Shown: piece by piece, positions 39,217 to 49,307 of the stretch | Position numbering within the stretch: the stretch's first letter is position 1 | How the letters are laid out: every line of letters begins with the position of its first letter | NCBI GenBank assembly: GCA_965200315.1 | Contig: OZ241362.1 | Location: forward strand, 4,256,001 to 4,320,000 | Reading direction: 5' to 3' | Source of the DNA: Candidatus Latescibacterota bacterium | GTDB taxonomy: Bacteria; Latescibacterota; UBA2968; UBA8231 | Length of the DNA: 64,000 nucleotides | Translations under genes and position numbers: made by a program | The notes under the pieces: generated by a model | The model's input: only the letters and a program-made list of their open reading frames with translations | Told to the model about the DNA's origin: nothing | The model's database searches: none

Positions 39217-40008
39217 TCAGCCTCCTTGGACGACCAAGCGGCGAGTGCCGCGATAGAGGAGGAAGCGGCCCAAGCTCACCAGCACTAGCGTCCACGCGAG
39301 CTGATGCCCCACCACCGACCAGACTTGCGACGCGGGAATGTGCCCCATGTAGAGGCGGAACGGGGTGTCGGCCAAGCCGCGGAACGGCATGAAGTCGAGT
39401 ATGGGTTGGAACGCGTCGGGAAACAGCGGCAAGGGGACCACCATGCCCGAAAACACGTAGATGCACACCGCCAGTATTTGCATGGACCCCTCTCCGGCGA
39501 TGGTCCACAACAAGGAGATGTTGACCAAGTTGGACAGGGCGCCGCCCAGTAGGACTGCGCCTACCATGGCCAAAGCCCAAGCCCCGGCCGCAGCCGGAGA
39601 CGCGGGAGCTTGCAGGCCGAAGAAGAGGAAGGCGAGGCAGAACAACGGCCCCGAGCGCAGCAGGGTGGGAGCGATGCGGTTGGCTAGGGCGCGGCTATAC
39701 CAAAAGGCGTACAAATCGACCGGGCGCACCAACTCGTAGGCCACTGTGCCAGTGCGCACCATGGTGCGTATGTCGGCGTCGGGATTCCAAGGCAAGAGGG
39801 CGAACAGGGCCTGACCGAGCCAGACGTAATTGACCACTTCGGCGTAAGTCATGGGCTGCGCTTGGGTCGCAGTGCGGTAAAACGCTTCAAAGATCATCAC
39901 CCGAATGAGTCCCCAAAATAGCTGCGTACTCATGCCGGCTAGCGCGGCGGCCCGGTACTGCAGCAACATGCGGATGCGGGCGCTGAGGACGGACAGGTAG
40001 GGCCGCAT
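39217..40008 (-). CDS. ABC-2 type permease
   Basis: LQYR, GTVAYELVRP, SGMVVPL, VVQGG. Confidence 0.85.
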   Translation of the reverse strand: MRPYLSVLSARIRMLLQYRAAALAGMSTQLFWGLIRVMIFEAFYRTATQAQPMTYAEVVNYVWLGQALFALLPWNPDADIRTMVRTGTVAYELVRPVDLYAFWYSRALANRIAPTLLRSGPLFCLAFLFFGLQAPASPAAAGAWALAMVGAVLLGGALSNLVNISLLWTIAGEGSMQILAVCIYVFSGMVVPLPLFPDAFQPILDFMPFRGLADTPFRLYMGHIPASQVWSVVGHQLAWTLVLVSLGRFLLYRGTRRLVVQGG

Positions 40009-40988
40009 CAAGGGCGGTCCCGGTAGAGTTGGGCGATGACTTCCTCAATGGGCGGGTTTTCCACAAAGAGGTCGCGCACCTCGTGGCGGGCCGTGATGCG
40101 GCTGATGAGGGCTGCGGCTGAAATGCGTTCGGGCGCAAAGCTGAGATGCACTCGGGGGCCGTCGCGCTGCACCACGCGAGCCGCTTCGTCGTTGATGGTG
40201 GCTGTGGCATCGACCAAATCGACGATGAGGCGGCGCTCGGACGAGACGCGGGTGCGCAGATCGGCGAGGCTGCCGTCGGAGAGGATGGTGCCGTCGCCGA
40301 TGACCATGACCCGATTGCACAGGGCTTCGATATCGTCCATGTCGTGGGTGGTGAGGATGACGGTGGTGCCCTCTCGGCGGTTGAGTTCTTTGATAAAATC
40401 GCGCATCGCCAGTTTGGCAACCGCGTCGAGACCGATGGTCGGCTCGTCCAGAAAGAGCAAGCCCGGGCCGTGCAGCAGGGCCGCCACCAGATCGCAGCGC
40501 ATGCGCTGGCCCAAGCTGAGCTGGCGCACGGGCACGTCGAGGAAGGAAGAAAGTTCCAACATGGCGATGAGCGCGTCGCGGCGGCGGTGGTAGGCATCGG
40601 TGGGGACTTTGTAGATGGCGCGCAGCAGATCGAAGGATTCAATGGCCGGCAGATCCCACCACAATTGGGTGCGCTGGCCAAAGACCACGCCAATGCGGCG
40701 GACGTGGCCAATGCGGTCCTGCCACGGGACGCGGCCTTGGACCTCGCAGCGGCCCGAATCCGGGACGACGATGCCGGAGAGGATTTTGACTGTGGTGGAT
40801 TTGCCGGCACCATTGGGGCCAATGTAGCCGACTAGTTCGCCAGTCTTTAGCGAGAAAGAGATGCCGTCCAACGCCCGAATCGTGCGGTGCGAGCGCTGCA
40901 CAATGCCCCGGAAGGCTCCCCAAAGGCCGGGGCGACGCTCGGCAATGCGGTAGGTTTTGACTAGGTTTTCAACGACGATTTGGGGCAT
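40008..40988 (-). CDS. ABC transporter ATP-binding protein
   Basis: GPNGAGKST, LSLGQRMR, LFLDEPT. Confidence 0.92.
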   Translation of the reverse strand: MPQIVVENLVKTYRIAERRPGLWGAFRGIVQRSHRTIRALDGISFSLKTGELVGYIGPNGAGKSTTVKILSGIVVPDSGRCEVQGRVPWQDRIGHVRRIGVVFGQRTQLWWDLPAIESFDLLRAIYKVPTDAYHRRRDALIAMLELSSFLDVPVRQLSLGQRMRCDLVAALLHGPGLLFLDEPTIGLDAVAKLAMRDFIKELNRREGTTVILTTHDMDDIEALCNRVMVIGDGTILSDGSLADLRTRVSSERRLIVDLVDATATINDEAARVVQRDGPRVHLSFAPERISAAALISRITARHEVRDLFVENPPIEEVIAQLYRDRP

Positions 40989-41034
40989 GAATACCAAATA
41001 ACGAGTACTAGTTTAACCGAAGCCATTTTCTGCA

Positions 41035-41637
41035 CTAGTCGGGGGCGGTCGCGGATTTTTCCCAGGGGCGGATAAAGGATTCAGGTTCGACGCCCAAGGC
41101 CGCTGCCACGCGGTTGATGTAGTTGAAATAGCCGATGATCTGGACGGCGTCGTGGATGCCGCGGTCGTCAAAGCCGTGCTGGCGCAATGGGTCAATGTCC
41201 GCAGCGGTTGAGTCCTCGGGCCGCTGGGTCAGTTTTTCGGCCAAGGCGCACAGAGCGCGGTCGGCCGGGGGCAGATCAGCCCGACGCCAGTCCACAGCCA
41301 ACTGATGCACTAGCTGGTCGGCCGGAAGCCCTTCTTCAACGGCAAAATCGCGAGCGACCTCAGCCCGGAGGTCGTGGGCGTGGGCGCGTATTCAGTACGC
41401 GCAATGATTCGTGGCCGAAACGACCACGGCCAGCATTTCGCGTTGGCCGCGGCTCAGGGGCGAGGGGCCATACATAAGGGTCTTATAAAAATCCATAGAG
41501 ACCTTCAGGGCCCGGGGGTTGAGGCTCATGATGGAGACAATGCCCCATACTCGCCCGGCCCGAGCGAGGGCGGCTTCGTACTGCTTTTTGAGCAGGCCGG
41601 AGGCCCGCTTTAGGGGAATGATGTCTATGTAGGGCAT
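41035..41637 (-). CDS. AhpD/carboxymuconolactone decarboxylase-like peroxidase-related protein with in-frame TGA (probable selenocysteine, CxxU)
   Basis: ORFs 41392-41637 and 41035-41310 are in the same frame with no other stop; NHCAY-TGA-IRAH; 7-bp hairpin 17 nt downstream. Confidence 0.8.
41355..41374 (-). promoter_or_regulatory. Candidate bacterial SECIS hairpin
   Basis: CGACCTC-CGGGCT-GAGGTCG, 17 nt 3' of the TGA. Confidence 0.6.
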
Positions 41638-41771
41638 TTGCTAATCGCCTCTGCGGTTGGCTGCCAGCGGTAAATTTGTGACATTGTTGCGAGTTTTTTA
41701 GCTTGCAACTGGAGAATACCACCGCGTCGCCACCTAGCGCAACAGCGCACCGCATAGAAGGAGCCGTCTCC

Positions 41772-42665
41772 ATGCCCATCCGCTTCGCCTTCCTCACCGA
41801 CACCCACCACTACCCCGACGCCCCGGAAGACTACGGCGCACCCAAGATGCTCACTCGCAGCGCGGAGGTGCTCGGCGCGATACCCCCGGCCCTCAACGCG
41901 CCGGCATTCGACTTTGTCGTCCACGGCGGCGACTTCCTCTGCGGCGGGTCGTCCTTTGACCTGCCCACCGAGACCTATTTGCGTTCGATTGACGAGGCGG
42001 CTGCGGCCTTTGCGCGGCTTGAAGCTCCTTTCTACTCAATCCCTGGCAACCACGACTGCGATGCCCAGAGCGGGTCCTTCGACGGTTTTGCCGCTCGCTT
42101 CCCCTATCCCGACCCCCTGATCGTCGTCGATGCCGCCCCGCGCCTGCGCTTGGCACTGGCCAATGTCTTCCACGACTGCGATGTATTTGAGAAAGGGTCT
42201 GGCGTCTGGACCGACGCGCTCGACGAGGCTCTGCGCACGGCCGCTGCCCAAGCCCTAGCCGATGGCTGCGCTTTGCTGCTCGTTCTGCACACTTGGATTC
42301 TGCCGGATTTCGCTTGGGACCGCGGCGTGGTGGAAGGTGCGCCTCGCTTGGTCAAGACGCTCGACGAAAGCCCGGCTATCGTAGCCGCCTTCACCGGCCA
42401 CCGCCACATCAACCGCATCACCGCCTACCGCGACTATCTGGTGGTCGATACGGCCTGTTTGATCGGCTTCCCCTTGGGATATCGCAGCGTTGTGCTCTCG
42501 GACGATGGCTTTTTTAAGACGCGCTTCCACACCCTCGATCTGCCCGATCTGATGCGAGCTTCCTACGACCGCTCAACGCCCGAGGAGAATCGGGTTTGGG
42601 AAGGGCACATCTTCGACCGCGACGCGGAGATTCTGTTGCCTCGGCTGAGGGCGCTGTGGAGTTGA
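41772..42665 (+). CDS. Calcineurin-like metallophosphoesterase
   Basis: TDTH, GGD, GNHD, GHRH. Confidence 0.88.
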   Translation: MPIRFAFLTDTHHYPDAPEDYGAPKMLTRSAEVLGAIPPALNAPAFDFVVHGGDFLCGGSSFDLPTETYLRSIDEAAAAFARLEAPFYSIPGNHDCDAQSGSFDGFAARFPYPDPLIVVDAAPRLRLALANVFHDCDVFEKGSGVWTDALDEALRTAAAQALADGCALLLVLHTWILPDFAWDRGVVEGAPRLVKTLDESPAIVAAFTGHRHINRITAYRDYLVVDTACLIGFPLGYRSVVLSDDGFFKTRFHTLDLPDLMRASYDRSTPEENRVWEGHIFDRDAEILLPRLRALWS

Positions 42666-42698
42666 TTCCGTTCACATCTTTCTCTGAGGAGTAATCCC

Positions 42699-43505
42699 AT
42701 GAGCCGCGAGCTTCCCCGGACCATGTTAGGCCGCACCCATCTCGAGGTTACCCGATTTGGCATCGGCGGCACGTATTGCGAGTCGGTCGATGGCTACAAG
42801 GCGGCGCTCGATTGTGGCGTCAACTATGTCGATACGGCCCGCAGCTATCGCGGCGGTGAAGACGAAAAGGTGATCGGCCAAGCGATTGAGGGCCGGCGTC
42901 ACGATCTCATCGTAGCTAGCAAGTCCGTGCGGCGCGACGCCGAAGGGACGCGCCAAGAGCTGCAAACCTCTTTACGCACGCTCAAGACAGACTACCTCGA
43001 CATTTTCCAACTCCACCATTTGAACACCGAAGAAGAACGCAACCAAGCACTCGGCCCTGGCGGAGCATTAGAAGCCGCTCAACAAGCCCGCGAAGAAGGC
43101 TTGGTGCGCTTTATTGGCGTCACCGGACACGATTGGGTGCAAGTTGAACAGGCGGTCCGCACCGGGCATTTTGATACCGTCCTTTGCTGGTACAATTGTG
43201 CGATGAAGGAGCCGGAGGAAACGGTTTTTCCCGCCGCACAGGCCGCCAATACGGGTGTGGTGATCATGAACGCCTCGCGCAACGAGCGGTTGCTAACAGG
43301 CCCCGGCGCGCCCGCTCCTGAACAGTTCTATCGCTACGTGCTCAGTCACGACGCCGTGCATACCACGCTCATGGGTTTGCGGAGTGTCGATCTTTTCGCA
43401 CGAGTGGCCGCTGGCTTGTCGGAGCGCGAGATGATCACGCCACAAGAGCGGGCTGAGCTTGAAGCTTATGGAGCGCAGCAGCGGGCGGCTGGGGAGTTGG
43501 ATTGA
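42699..43505 (+). CDS. Aldo/keto reductase
   Basis: LGRT, DTARSY, SK, LKTDYLDIFQLH. Confidence 0.88.
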   Translation: MSRELPRTMLGRTHLEVTRFGIGGTYCESVDGYKAALDCGVNYVDTARSYRGGEDEKVIGQAIEGRRHDLIVASKSVRRDAEGTRQELQTSLRTLKTDYLDIFQLHHLNTEEERNQALGPGGALEAAQQAREEGLVRFIGVTGHDWVQVEQAVRTGHFDTVLCWYNCAMKEPEETVFPAAQAANTGVVIMNASRNERLLTGPGAPAPEQFYRYVLSHDAVHTTLMGLRSVDLFARVAAGLSEREMITPQERAELEAYGAQQRAAGELD

Positions 43506-43534
43506 GTGCCGACAGGAGGCTCGCCTGCGTCTTG

Positions 43535-44449
43535 TCAGCTTGTGCCGTCTAGAGGCTGGGCACATCGGAGTGCGGTCTCGGTTATCTCTTGTTTTATCAC
43601 CCGGTCGTCGAAGAAGTACGCCATCCAGTTGACGAATGCGAGCCATAGGTCGTTAGTGGAAAAATCGTCTCCGGAGATTGTCTCAAGATAAGAGTGGGCA
43701 TCGGAGCGGGTGAGTGTCGTGTCTTCGGTCGCGTCGAGAAGGGCTTCAGCGATTGGTATGGCCGCGATCAGGGAACGGACCGCAGTTCGGAATTCATCTT
43801 CCTTGAGACCCGGCTGGAGATTGGAACTCGCCAAGTCAGTCAGCAGAATGCGGTCGGCAGCTTTTACGTATTCGCTCGGGGGTTGTGTGTAGAACTGATA
43901 TGCGTATTCGGGTCGTCGACTGATCGGAAACCAAGGAGCCTCAAAATCAACCGTTGATGCCGTTGAGGTAGAAAGACTGTCAGCCAAGCGACGAGCGGCT
44001 TGCGCCATGAGCCTTGTTGCTGGGCGTTTCGCTTGAGAGATTTCCTTAAGCGTCGCAGCAATTCCAGGATCGTCGATGGTCGTCTCAACGAGAACCTCGA
44101 TATTCCTGCCGCCTCCTTCCCCTAGTCCGGCAAGAGTCACGTTGGCCGAGCCAGCGAGACATCGTTCGCCGGCGATATAGAGCTTAGCATGTAGCCTGTC
44201 AACGAGGGAAATGGTGAAGTTGCCGCGTTTCTCAAGCATGTCCAAGATTTCCGGATCGGATACGCCCGCTGCAACTTCTTGGGGGAGCCATCGCGTGACA
44301 CAATGCAGATGTGCGTCCGTGGGAATTACATCGAGCAATGACCGTAGTGCATCGACCTTAATGAACGGTGCGACGACTGAAACTTCACCTACGACACCCT
44401 CGAAAAGGGCACGAATCCGTCCGCCTTGGGTGTCATTAGCTGCCGCCAT
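43535..44449 (-). CDS. PLD-family (HKD-type) nuclease-like protein
   Basis: APF, LHAKLYIAGE...GSANVT...NIE. Confidence 0.75.
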   Translation of the reverse strand: MAAANDTQGGRIRALFEGVVGEVSVVAPFIKVDALRSLLDVIPTDAHLHCVTRWLPQEVAAGVSDPEILDMLEKRGNFTISLVDRLHAKLYIAGERCLAGSANVTLAGLGEGGGRNIEVLVETTIDDPGIAATLKEISQAKRPATRLMAQAARRLADSLSTSTASTVDFEAPWFPISRRPEYAYQFYTQPPSEYVKAADRILLTDLASSNLQPGLKEDEFRTAVRSLIAAIPIAEALLDATEDTTLTRSDAHSYLETISGDDFSTNDLWLAFVNWMAYFFDDRVIKQEITETALRCAQPLDGTS

Positions 44450-44455
44450 GATTCC

Positions 44456-46393
44456 CTACACCAGATCCGTGGGAGCGATTGAGCCATCGTCTTCATCGAA
44501 GAACTCCTCCGCGTACTTTCCCCATTCCACACGCGCATCGCGGACCTTGCGCCGAGCGAGGTCGGTCTGTTCTTCCTCATAACGAGCCCACGAGTAAATG
44601 AGAATACGGAAGGCCGCGGCGGCTTTCTCAAGACGTTCCCGAACTTCATCTTCGGTCAATTTATCAACATCGGGGTGCATGATGTCGTAAAGGTGTGAGT
44701 ACACGGGATGGTTCGTGTTGAGCGCGACTTGAATTACGTTGGGCAGTGATTCAACATAAAAGAATGCCGCACTTTCTTGCGCCGATTGGATCCAACGCAC
44801 TCGATTCCCCGCCTCGATTGTTTCGGCCACTCGTTGAAGCGCATCGCTCTGATCGAGACGATGCGTCTCGACTAGAGATTCGACTTGCGTCTCCTTGTGT
44901 TCCTCTTCGGTCCCTGATTCACCGGCTCGATCGGACTCTCCTTGATGCCCCTCCACAATACGACGTTTTATTGCGGCCGTTGCCTTTGCATCAGCTTTCT
45001 GGTCTTCGTTGGGAACATGACGCGGACCTCGGGGCTGGATCTTCTCCTTAACGCGAGACCGCATTGCAGTAATAACATTTCTGATCTGTTTGTGAAGTTC
45101 CAAAAGATCTACACGATGATCACCATCCTCCTTCATCCGACGGCGAACATCACCGCTCGACTCTTCACCGGGTAGTGCTTCACGTCTCCAGTCATACTGT
45201 GCAAGCCGCTGGAAAGTCACCGTGCCCTGTTTATTGTTGGTAACGCCGAATACTTCATCGAGTGCCGTCGGAAAGTCGACTTCTACCGTCCACCAACGTT
45301 CGGTCGGATCGTTACCATTTACCCATGATCGGTCGATCTCGATCTCGCGATGCGCTCGTACCAGCGAGACACCCATATTATGATCGGCATGCTTCCCCCA
45401 CGGTGCGTGCCCGGCATCTCTTCCAATAAACTCTTCAGGCCAATTGGCTTCAGGGTCGGAAGAGTCGCGGACATGGGCACGAGCGTAGCTCGCTCGGACG
45501 TAAACCTGATACTGCTGATCTTTATAGCTCACGGGCACTGGGAAAGGGCTTGCATCGAGTTCCTTGAACATTGGACCGACTCCGAATTGTTCAGGGCATG
45601 AAGTACCGGTCATAAGATAGAGGGGATCATTCGGCCTTACTTCGATGATACCATCCTTCTGTACCTCACTCGTACCTTCGTTTTCTTGAATGGGTATACA
45701 TGTGATGGTTCGCCGGGGTCCAATGTCTTCAGTTCTTGGATCATCCGGACACAGTCTCTCCGATGGCTTCGCGAGAAAACGCCGGTATATCCGTCCAAGG
45801 AGGGTCTCGGTGTGCTTGAAAGTCGTCGATGCCTGCTTCCATTCAACTCGGTCGAGCTCGCTCCATACTACTAAAGTGCCGGAATCGCCTAAAGTGCGGC
45901 TCGCCTCGAGGTAAACTTTTGGGATGGGTTGCAACTTGGGTTCACGGATTTCACGGGCACCGCGCTCCACATCGTCGATGGAAAGCTTCGCGTGGAAGGC
46001 ATTCGTGGCTCCTGATTGCCATGACCAGACATCTACCTGTCTTGCCTGCGACATCGATGAATTAGGAAGTCCAAGGCCAAAACGGCCGATTCCCCGTCTC
46101 TGTTGGCGAGTCCCATGACCGTAACGGAGGCTTCCTCGGAGCGTGTTTTGGTCCATGCCCTCGCCGTTGTCGAGGACAGCCAATTCCTTGAGGGTAAATC
46201 TTCCGGTGTGGCTATCTTGCCGACTTACTCCAAATATCTCGATTGTTGTCGCTCCACTCTCTATCGAATTGTCGATAAGCTCTGCAAGCGCATGTGTGGT
46301 GGACTTGTACCCGCTGTCGCGCATTGCCTCGACCGTCATTCTGGTATCAACGATTGAGAACTCCAGTTGTCCATCGAATTCAGTCACTGCCAT
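44456..46393 (-). CDS. MORC/HSP90-like GHKL ATPase
   Basis: ALAELIDNS, DNGEGM, GIGRFGLGL, GT; FGVTNNKQ. Confidence 0.85.
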   Translation of the reverse strand: MAVTEFDGQLEFSIVDTRMTVEAMRDSGYKSTTHALAELIDNSIESGATTIEIFGVSRQDSHTGRFTLKELAVLDNGEGMDQNTLRGSLRYGHGTRQQRRGIGRFGLGLPNSSMSQARQVDVWSWQSGATNAFHAKLSIDDVERGAREIREPKLQPIPKVYLEASRTLGDSGTLVVWSELDRVEWKQASTTFKHTETLLGRIYRRFLAKPSERLCPDDPRTEDIGPRRTITCIPIQENEGTSEVQKDGIIEVRPNDPLYLMTGTSCPEQFGVGPMFKELDASPFPVPVSYKDQQYQVYVRASYARAHVRDSSDPEANWPEEFIGRDAGHAPWGKHADHNMGVSLVRAHREIEIDRSWVNGNDPTERWWTVEVDFPTALDEVFGVTNNKQGTVTFQRLAQYDWRREALPGEESSGDVRRRMKEDGDHRVDLLELHKQIRNVITAMRSRVKEKIQPRGPRHVPNEDQKADAKATAAIKRRIVEGHQGESDRAGESGTEEEHKETQVESLVETHRLDQSDALQRVAETIEAGNRVRWIQSAQESAAFFYVESLPNVIQVALNTNHPVYSHLYDIMHPDVDKLTEDEVRERLEKAAAAFRILIYSWARYEEEQTDLARRKVRDARVEWGKYAEEFFDEDDGSIAPTDLV

Positions 46394-47997
46394 ACGTCCT
46401 CCCAATTCAGAAATGCTGCCGCGACGTCACCGAATCCCGGCAGGCTTGAATCAACGACGGTTACGATTTCGCAGGCGTCCGTGCCACCTGCCTTTGGACC
46501 GCGGATCGCACGCCCGACCATCTGGCTGTATAGCACTAGGGACTTTGTCGGACGAGCAATGACTACCGCACTTGCCTTGGGTGCATCAAAACCAGTAGTC
46601 AACACACCGAAATTGACGAGGACCATCGGGATCTCGTCATCCGACTTGAAGGTACGGATGGCGTGGTCCCTCTCGCGCCCCGGCGTCAAACCGGTCACCG
46701 CCTTGCTTCGGATGTCGCGAGCGACGAGAATCGCCGTCAGGACTCGCGCATGTGCGACTGTGGCGGCGAAGACGAGCACACGCTGATGACCTGCGCCAAG
46801 CAGTTCCTCAATCGCGCCAAGTACTGCCGTCACATACTGTTCACTCATCGACAAGGTGGATACGATCTCTTCAGGGATGTCCAAAGCCCCTGAGATGCGA
46901 TTCAACTCGCTATCATTGATACTGAGGCCCGGTTTGGAAAAAAGCGTTTGGAAGGTAGGTCGGGCAAGAAAGCCGTTGTCTGTGAGATACTCAATCGGGT
47001 TATCACCGGGGACCTCGAGTGTGATCTTGTTTCTGGAAAAGAAGTCGGCGAGCTCACCGTCTTTGTCAATATCATCCCATGTTCGCCCTGGTGTGGCAGT
47101 AAGTCCCAAAAGGGCGCATCGGAAATCGAGGGTGAGATCGTTTGTGATCTGCCTGTAGGTTCTAGCAATGCTCTGGTGAGCTTCATCAAAGACCACTAGC
47201 CGGACCCGTGGGGAGAGTCGCACCGCCCAATCCGGGTCAGTTCGTGAGATTACAGACCAGCCTTTTGCCAGCCCGACGGCGAGGAATCCGTCGGAGAAGC
47301 TATCGAGTTCCGGCATTCTGTTGCCCCACATGGTTCCAATCTGTAGCGGTCTTGTGCCTAGATGTTTCCAAGCCTCCTTAAACGCCACCACCGCTTGCTC
47401 AAGCAGTTCTTTTCCTGATGCAAGCCAGACAACGACCGAGGGCTCATGGGTACGTAACGAATCCGCCACCACGTGCATAGCCGTGCGAGTTTTGCCCACC
47501 CCAGTAGGTAAGTGAAGAACCGCTCGGCGTTCATCGCAGGACAATAACGGTGTCAACTTCCGAACAGCCTTCCTCTGATGCTCGAACAAGCTGTATGCAG
47601 GGGTGATCGTAGCCGTTGGTGGCCCCGCCGGTGGCACGATCCGTTCTTCTACTAGGCCGAAGAAATCACGCAGCAGTCGCACTTCCGCCTCGGTCCAATC
47701 GCCTGCGTCAGTGGGGTGAATGCTTCGCCCGACGCGGCTTTCCAACTCGGGTCGCTTCTGTTCGGGGACCAAGCTCAGGACAAGCCTCCGTCCCTTCGCC
47801 TCTCCGATCAATATGTCGAAATCGACAAGTGTTCGAGCGACCCGCCGCAGATCGTCACCGGCAATGCTTCCACCAAAGATCGCATCCAGGACCGAAAGGA
47901 CATTGGAGTCTAAGAACCGCCGGATGTCCTGATCCGACAGCAATTCTAGGAATCGAGCGAAAGTCAAACCGGGGCCATCAAACATCGTTGATCTCAA
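46384..47997 (-). CDS. SF2 DEAD/DEAH-box (ResIII-like) helicase
   Basis: LPTGVGKT, DEAH, TATP, TTGFDAP, QMVGRAIRG. Confidence 0.9.
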   Translation of the reverse strand: MRSTMFDGPGLTFARFLELLSDQDIRRFLDSNVLSVLDAIFGGSIAGDDLRRVARTLVDFDILIGEAKGRRLVLSLVPEQKRPELESRVGRSIHPTDAGDWTEAEVRLLRDFFGLVEERIVPPAGPPTATITPAYSLFEHQRKAVRKLTPLLSCDERRAVLHLPTGVGKTRTAMHVVADSLRTHEPSVVVWLASGKELLEQAVVAFKEAWKHLGTRPLQIGTMWGNRMPELDSFSDGFLAVGLAKGWSVISRTDPDWAVRLSPRVRLVVFDEAHQSIARTYRQITNDLTLDFRCALLGLTATPGRTWDDIDKDGELADFFSRNKITLEVPGDNPIEYLTDNGFLARPTFQTLFSKPGLSINDSELNRISGALDIPEEIVSTLSMSEQYVTAVLGAIEELLGAGHQRVLVFAATVAHARVLTAILVARDIRSKAVTGLTPGRERDHAIRTFKSDDEIPMVLVNFGVLTTGFDAPKASAVVIARPTKSLVLYSQMVGRAIRGPKAGGTDACEIVTVVDSSLPGFGDVAAAFLNWEDVWQ

Positions 47998-49307
47998 GGA
48001 TGATCATCATCCGACATGGGTTGAGTACTTGAATCCGCAAAGTAGTGGGGAAGACTGACATTCTGGAGTTCCCGATTCAGTAGTCCTGCTAGTTCTTTTC
48101 TTACATTTTTTCTGGATGTCTTGAATGGAGCCCGAGTTAGATCGCCTCCGAGTGCGTTGAAAAGTAATTGGCGAGCAACTTTCTGATTCTCCTTTGTCGT
48201 CAACATACGTTTGTTCGTATTATCCCAAAGCAACCCCATCCAAGGGGCCTCAGCAAGGTTGGTCGGAGTATGTCCAACCGCCTCGATCGCCTCCGCGAGA
48301 CTCATGTCCGCACTTGAACGCAAATCGGCGACGACGCGTCCAATTAACATCAGTCCGACAGGTCGAAACAGCAAATTTCCACCATTAGAACTCCTGTACT
48401 CACCAGCAACGTTGTCTGCCGGAGAACTGTCAAGAAGTTCCTTGAGCGGAATAAAATTGTTGCATAGAGCGTCCCAAAACTTGCTTGCCGTTTGATAAAA
48501 TATCTCGACCTTTGACTCCGGCGGTCGCCAACGTTTATAGTCTCTCCAGCCTCGCTGACCGTTGCTTAGCACTATGTCCACGACGTCATACACTGTGACG
48601 ATAGTCGTCAGATTCGTCCGATCAGTGGGACTTATAGATTTTGACATGCCCATATCCACTTTGTCCACGAGGAGAGGGTGTTCTTCCAATAGCCTTCGCG
48701 TAATGATTGCGATGATGTCGTCTTCATCAAGTGCAATAATGTCACGTTTACGAACGGGTTTAGCGTAGCGATTTAGGGTCGAAAAAAGACGCCTCGTGCG
48801 CTGAAAACCATCTGGATCATGGCCGCGCCTACTTGCGATAACTCCTTGGATGAAGATCGTACATACTTTTTCATTCTTTAGAGCATTGTTCTTACCGATA
48901 GCCCCCATGATGCCTTTCACACGATGTTGTCCATCAATTGCGAACAGAGTCTCATCGCCGCTAAGTTCTAGGAGACCTATAGTCCCTTCAATTTTCTCCG
49001 GTACCGCGGCAAAATTTCGCCCCTTCACGGATATCTCGTGCCAATTAGGATGACCTCCATAGGTTCCGACCACAATCGCGTTGAATAGTCTCTGTTCTTG
49101 GCCAAGTAAGTAATTAGTGATTTTCACGGAATTGTCTGTGAGGCCCCTCTGCAACCACTCCTTCAAAGATTCGCTTGAATGGATATCGTCAACAACGCTA
49201 ACACGAGTTGCAATATCCTCCATGCTCATGAAGGATATATAATACACCCAATCGCCCATTGTTGCCCGAAGGGCGGGTAGGAAAAGTCGCTCATGAATAT
49301 CAACCAT
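47994..49307 (-). CDS. DGQHR-domain (DndB-like) protein
   Basis: LQR, AIDGQHR, F..LN..AKP. Confidence 0.85.
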   Translation of the reverse strand: MVDIHERLFLPALRATMGDWVYYISFMSMEDIATRVSVVDDIHSSESLKEWLQRGLTDNSVKITNYLLGQEQRLFNAIVVGTYGGHPNWHEISVKGRNFAAVPEKIEGTIGLLELSGDETLFAIDGQHRVKGIMGAIGKNNALKNEKVCTIFIQGVIASRRGHDPDGFQRTRRLFSTLNRYAKPVRKRDIIALDEDDIIAIITRRLLEEHPLLVDKVDMGMSKSISPTDRTNLTTIVTVYDVVDIVLSNGQRGWRDYKRWRPPESKVEIFYQTASKFWDALCNNFIPLKELLDSSPADNVAGEYRSSNGGNLLFRPVGLMLIGRVVADLRSSADMSLAEAIEAVGHTPTNLAEAPWMGLLWDNTNKRMLTTKENQKVARQLLFNALGGDLTRAPFKTSRKNVRKELAGLLNRELQNVSLPHYFADSSTQPMSDDDHP

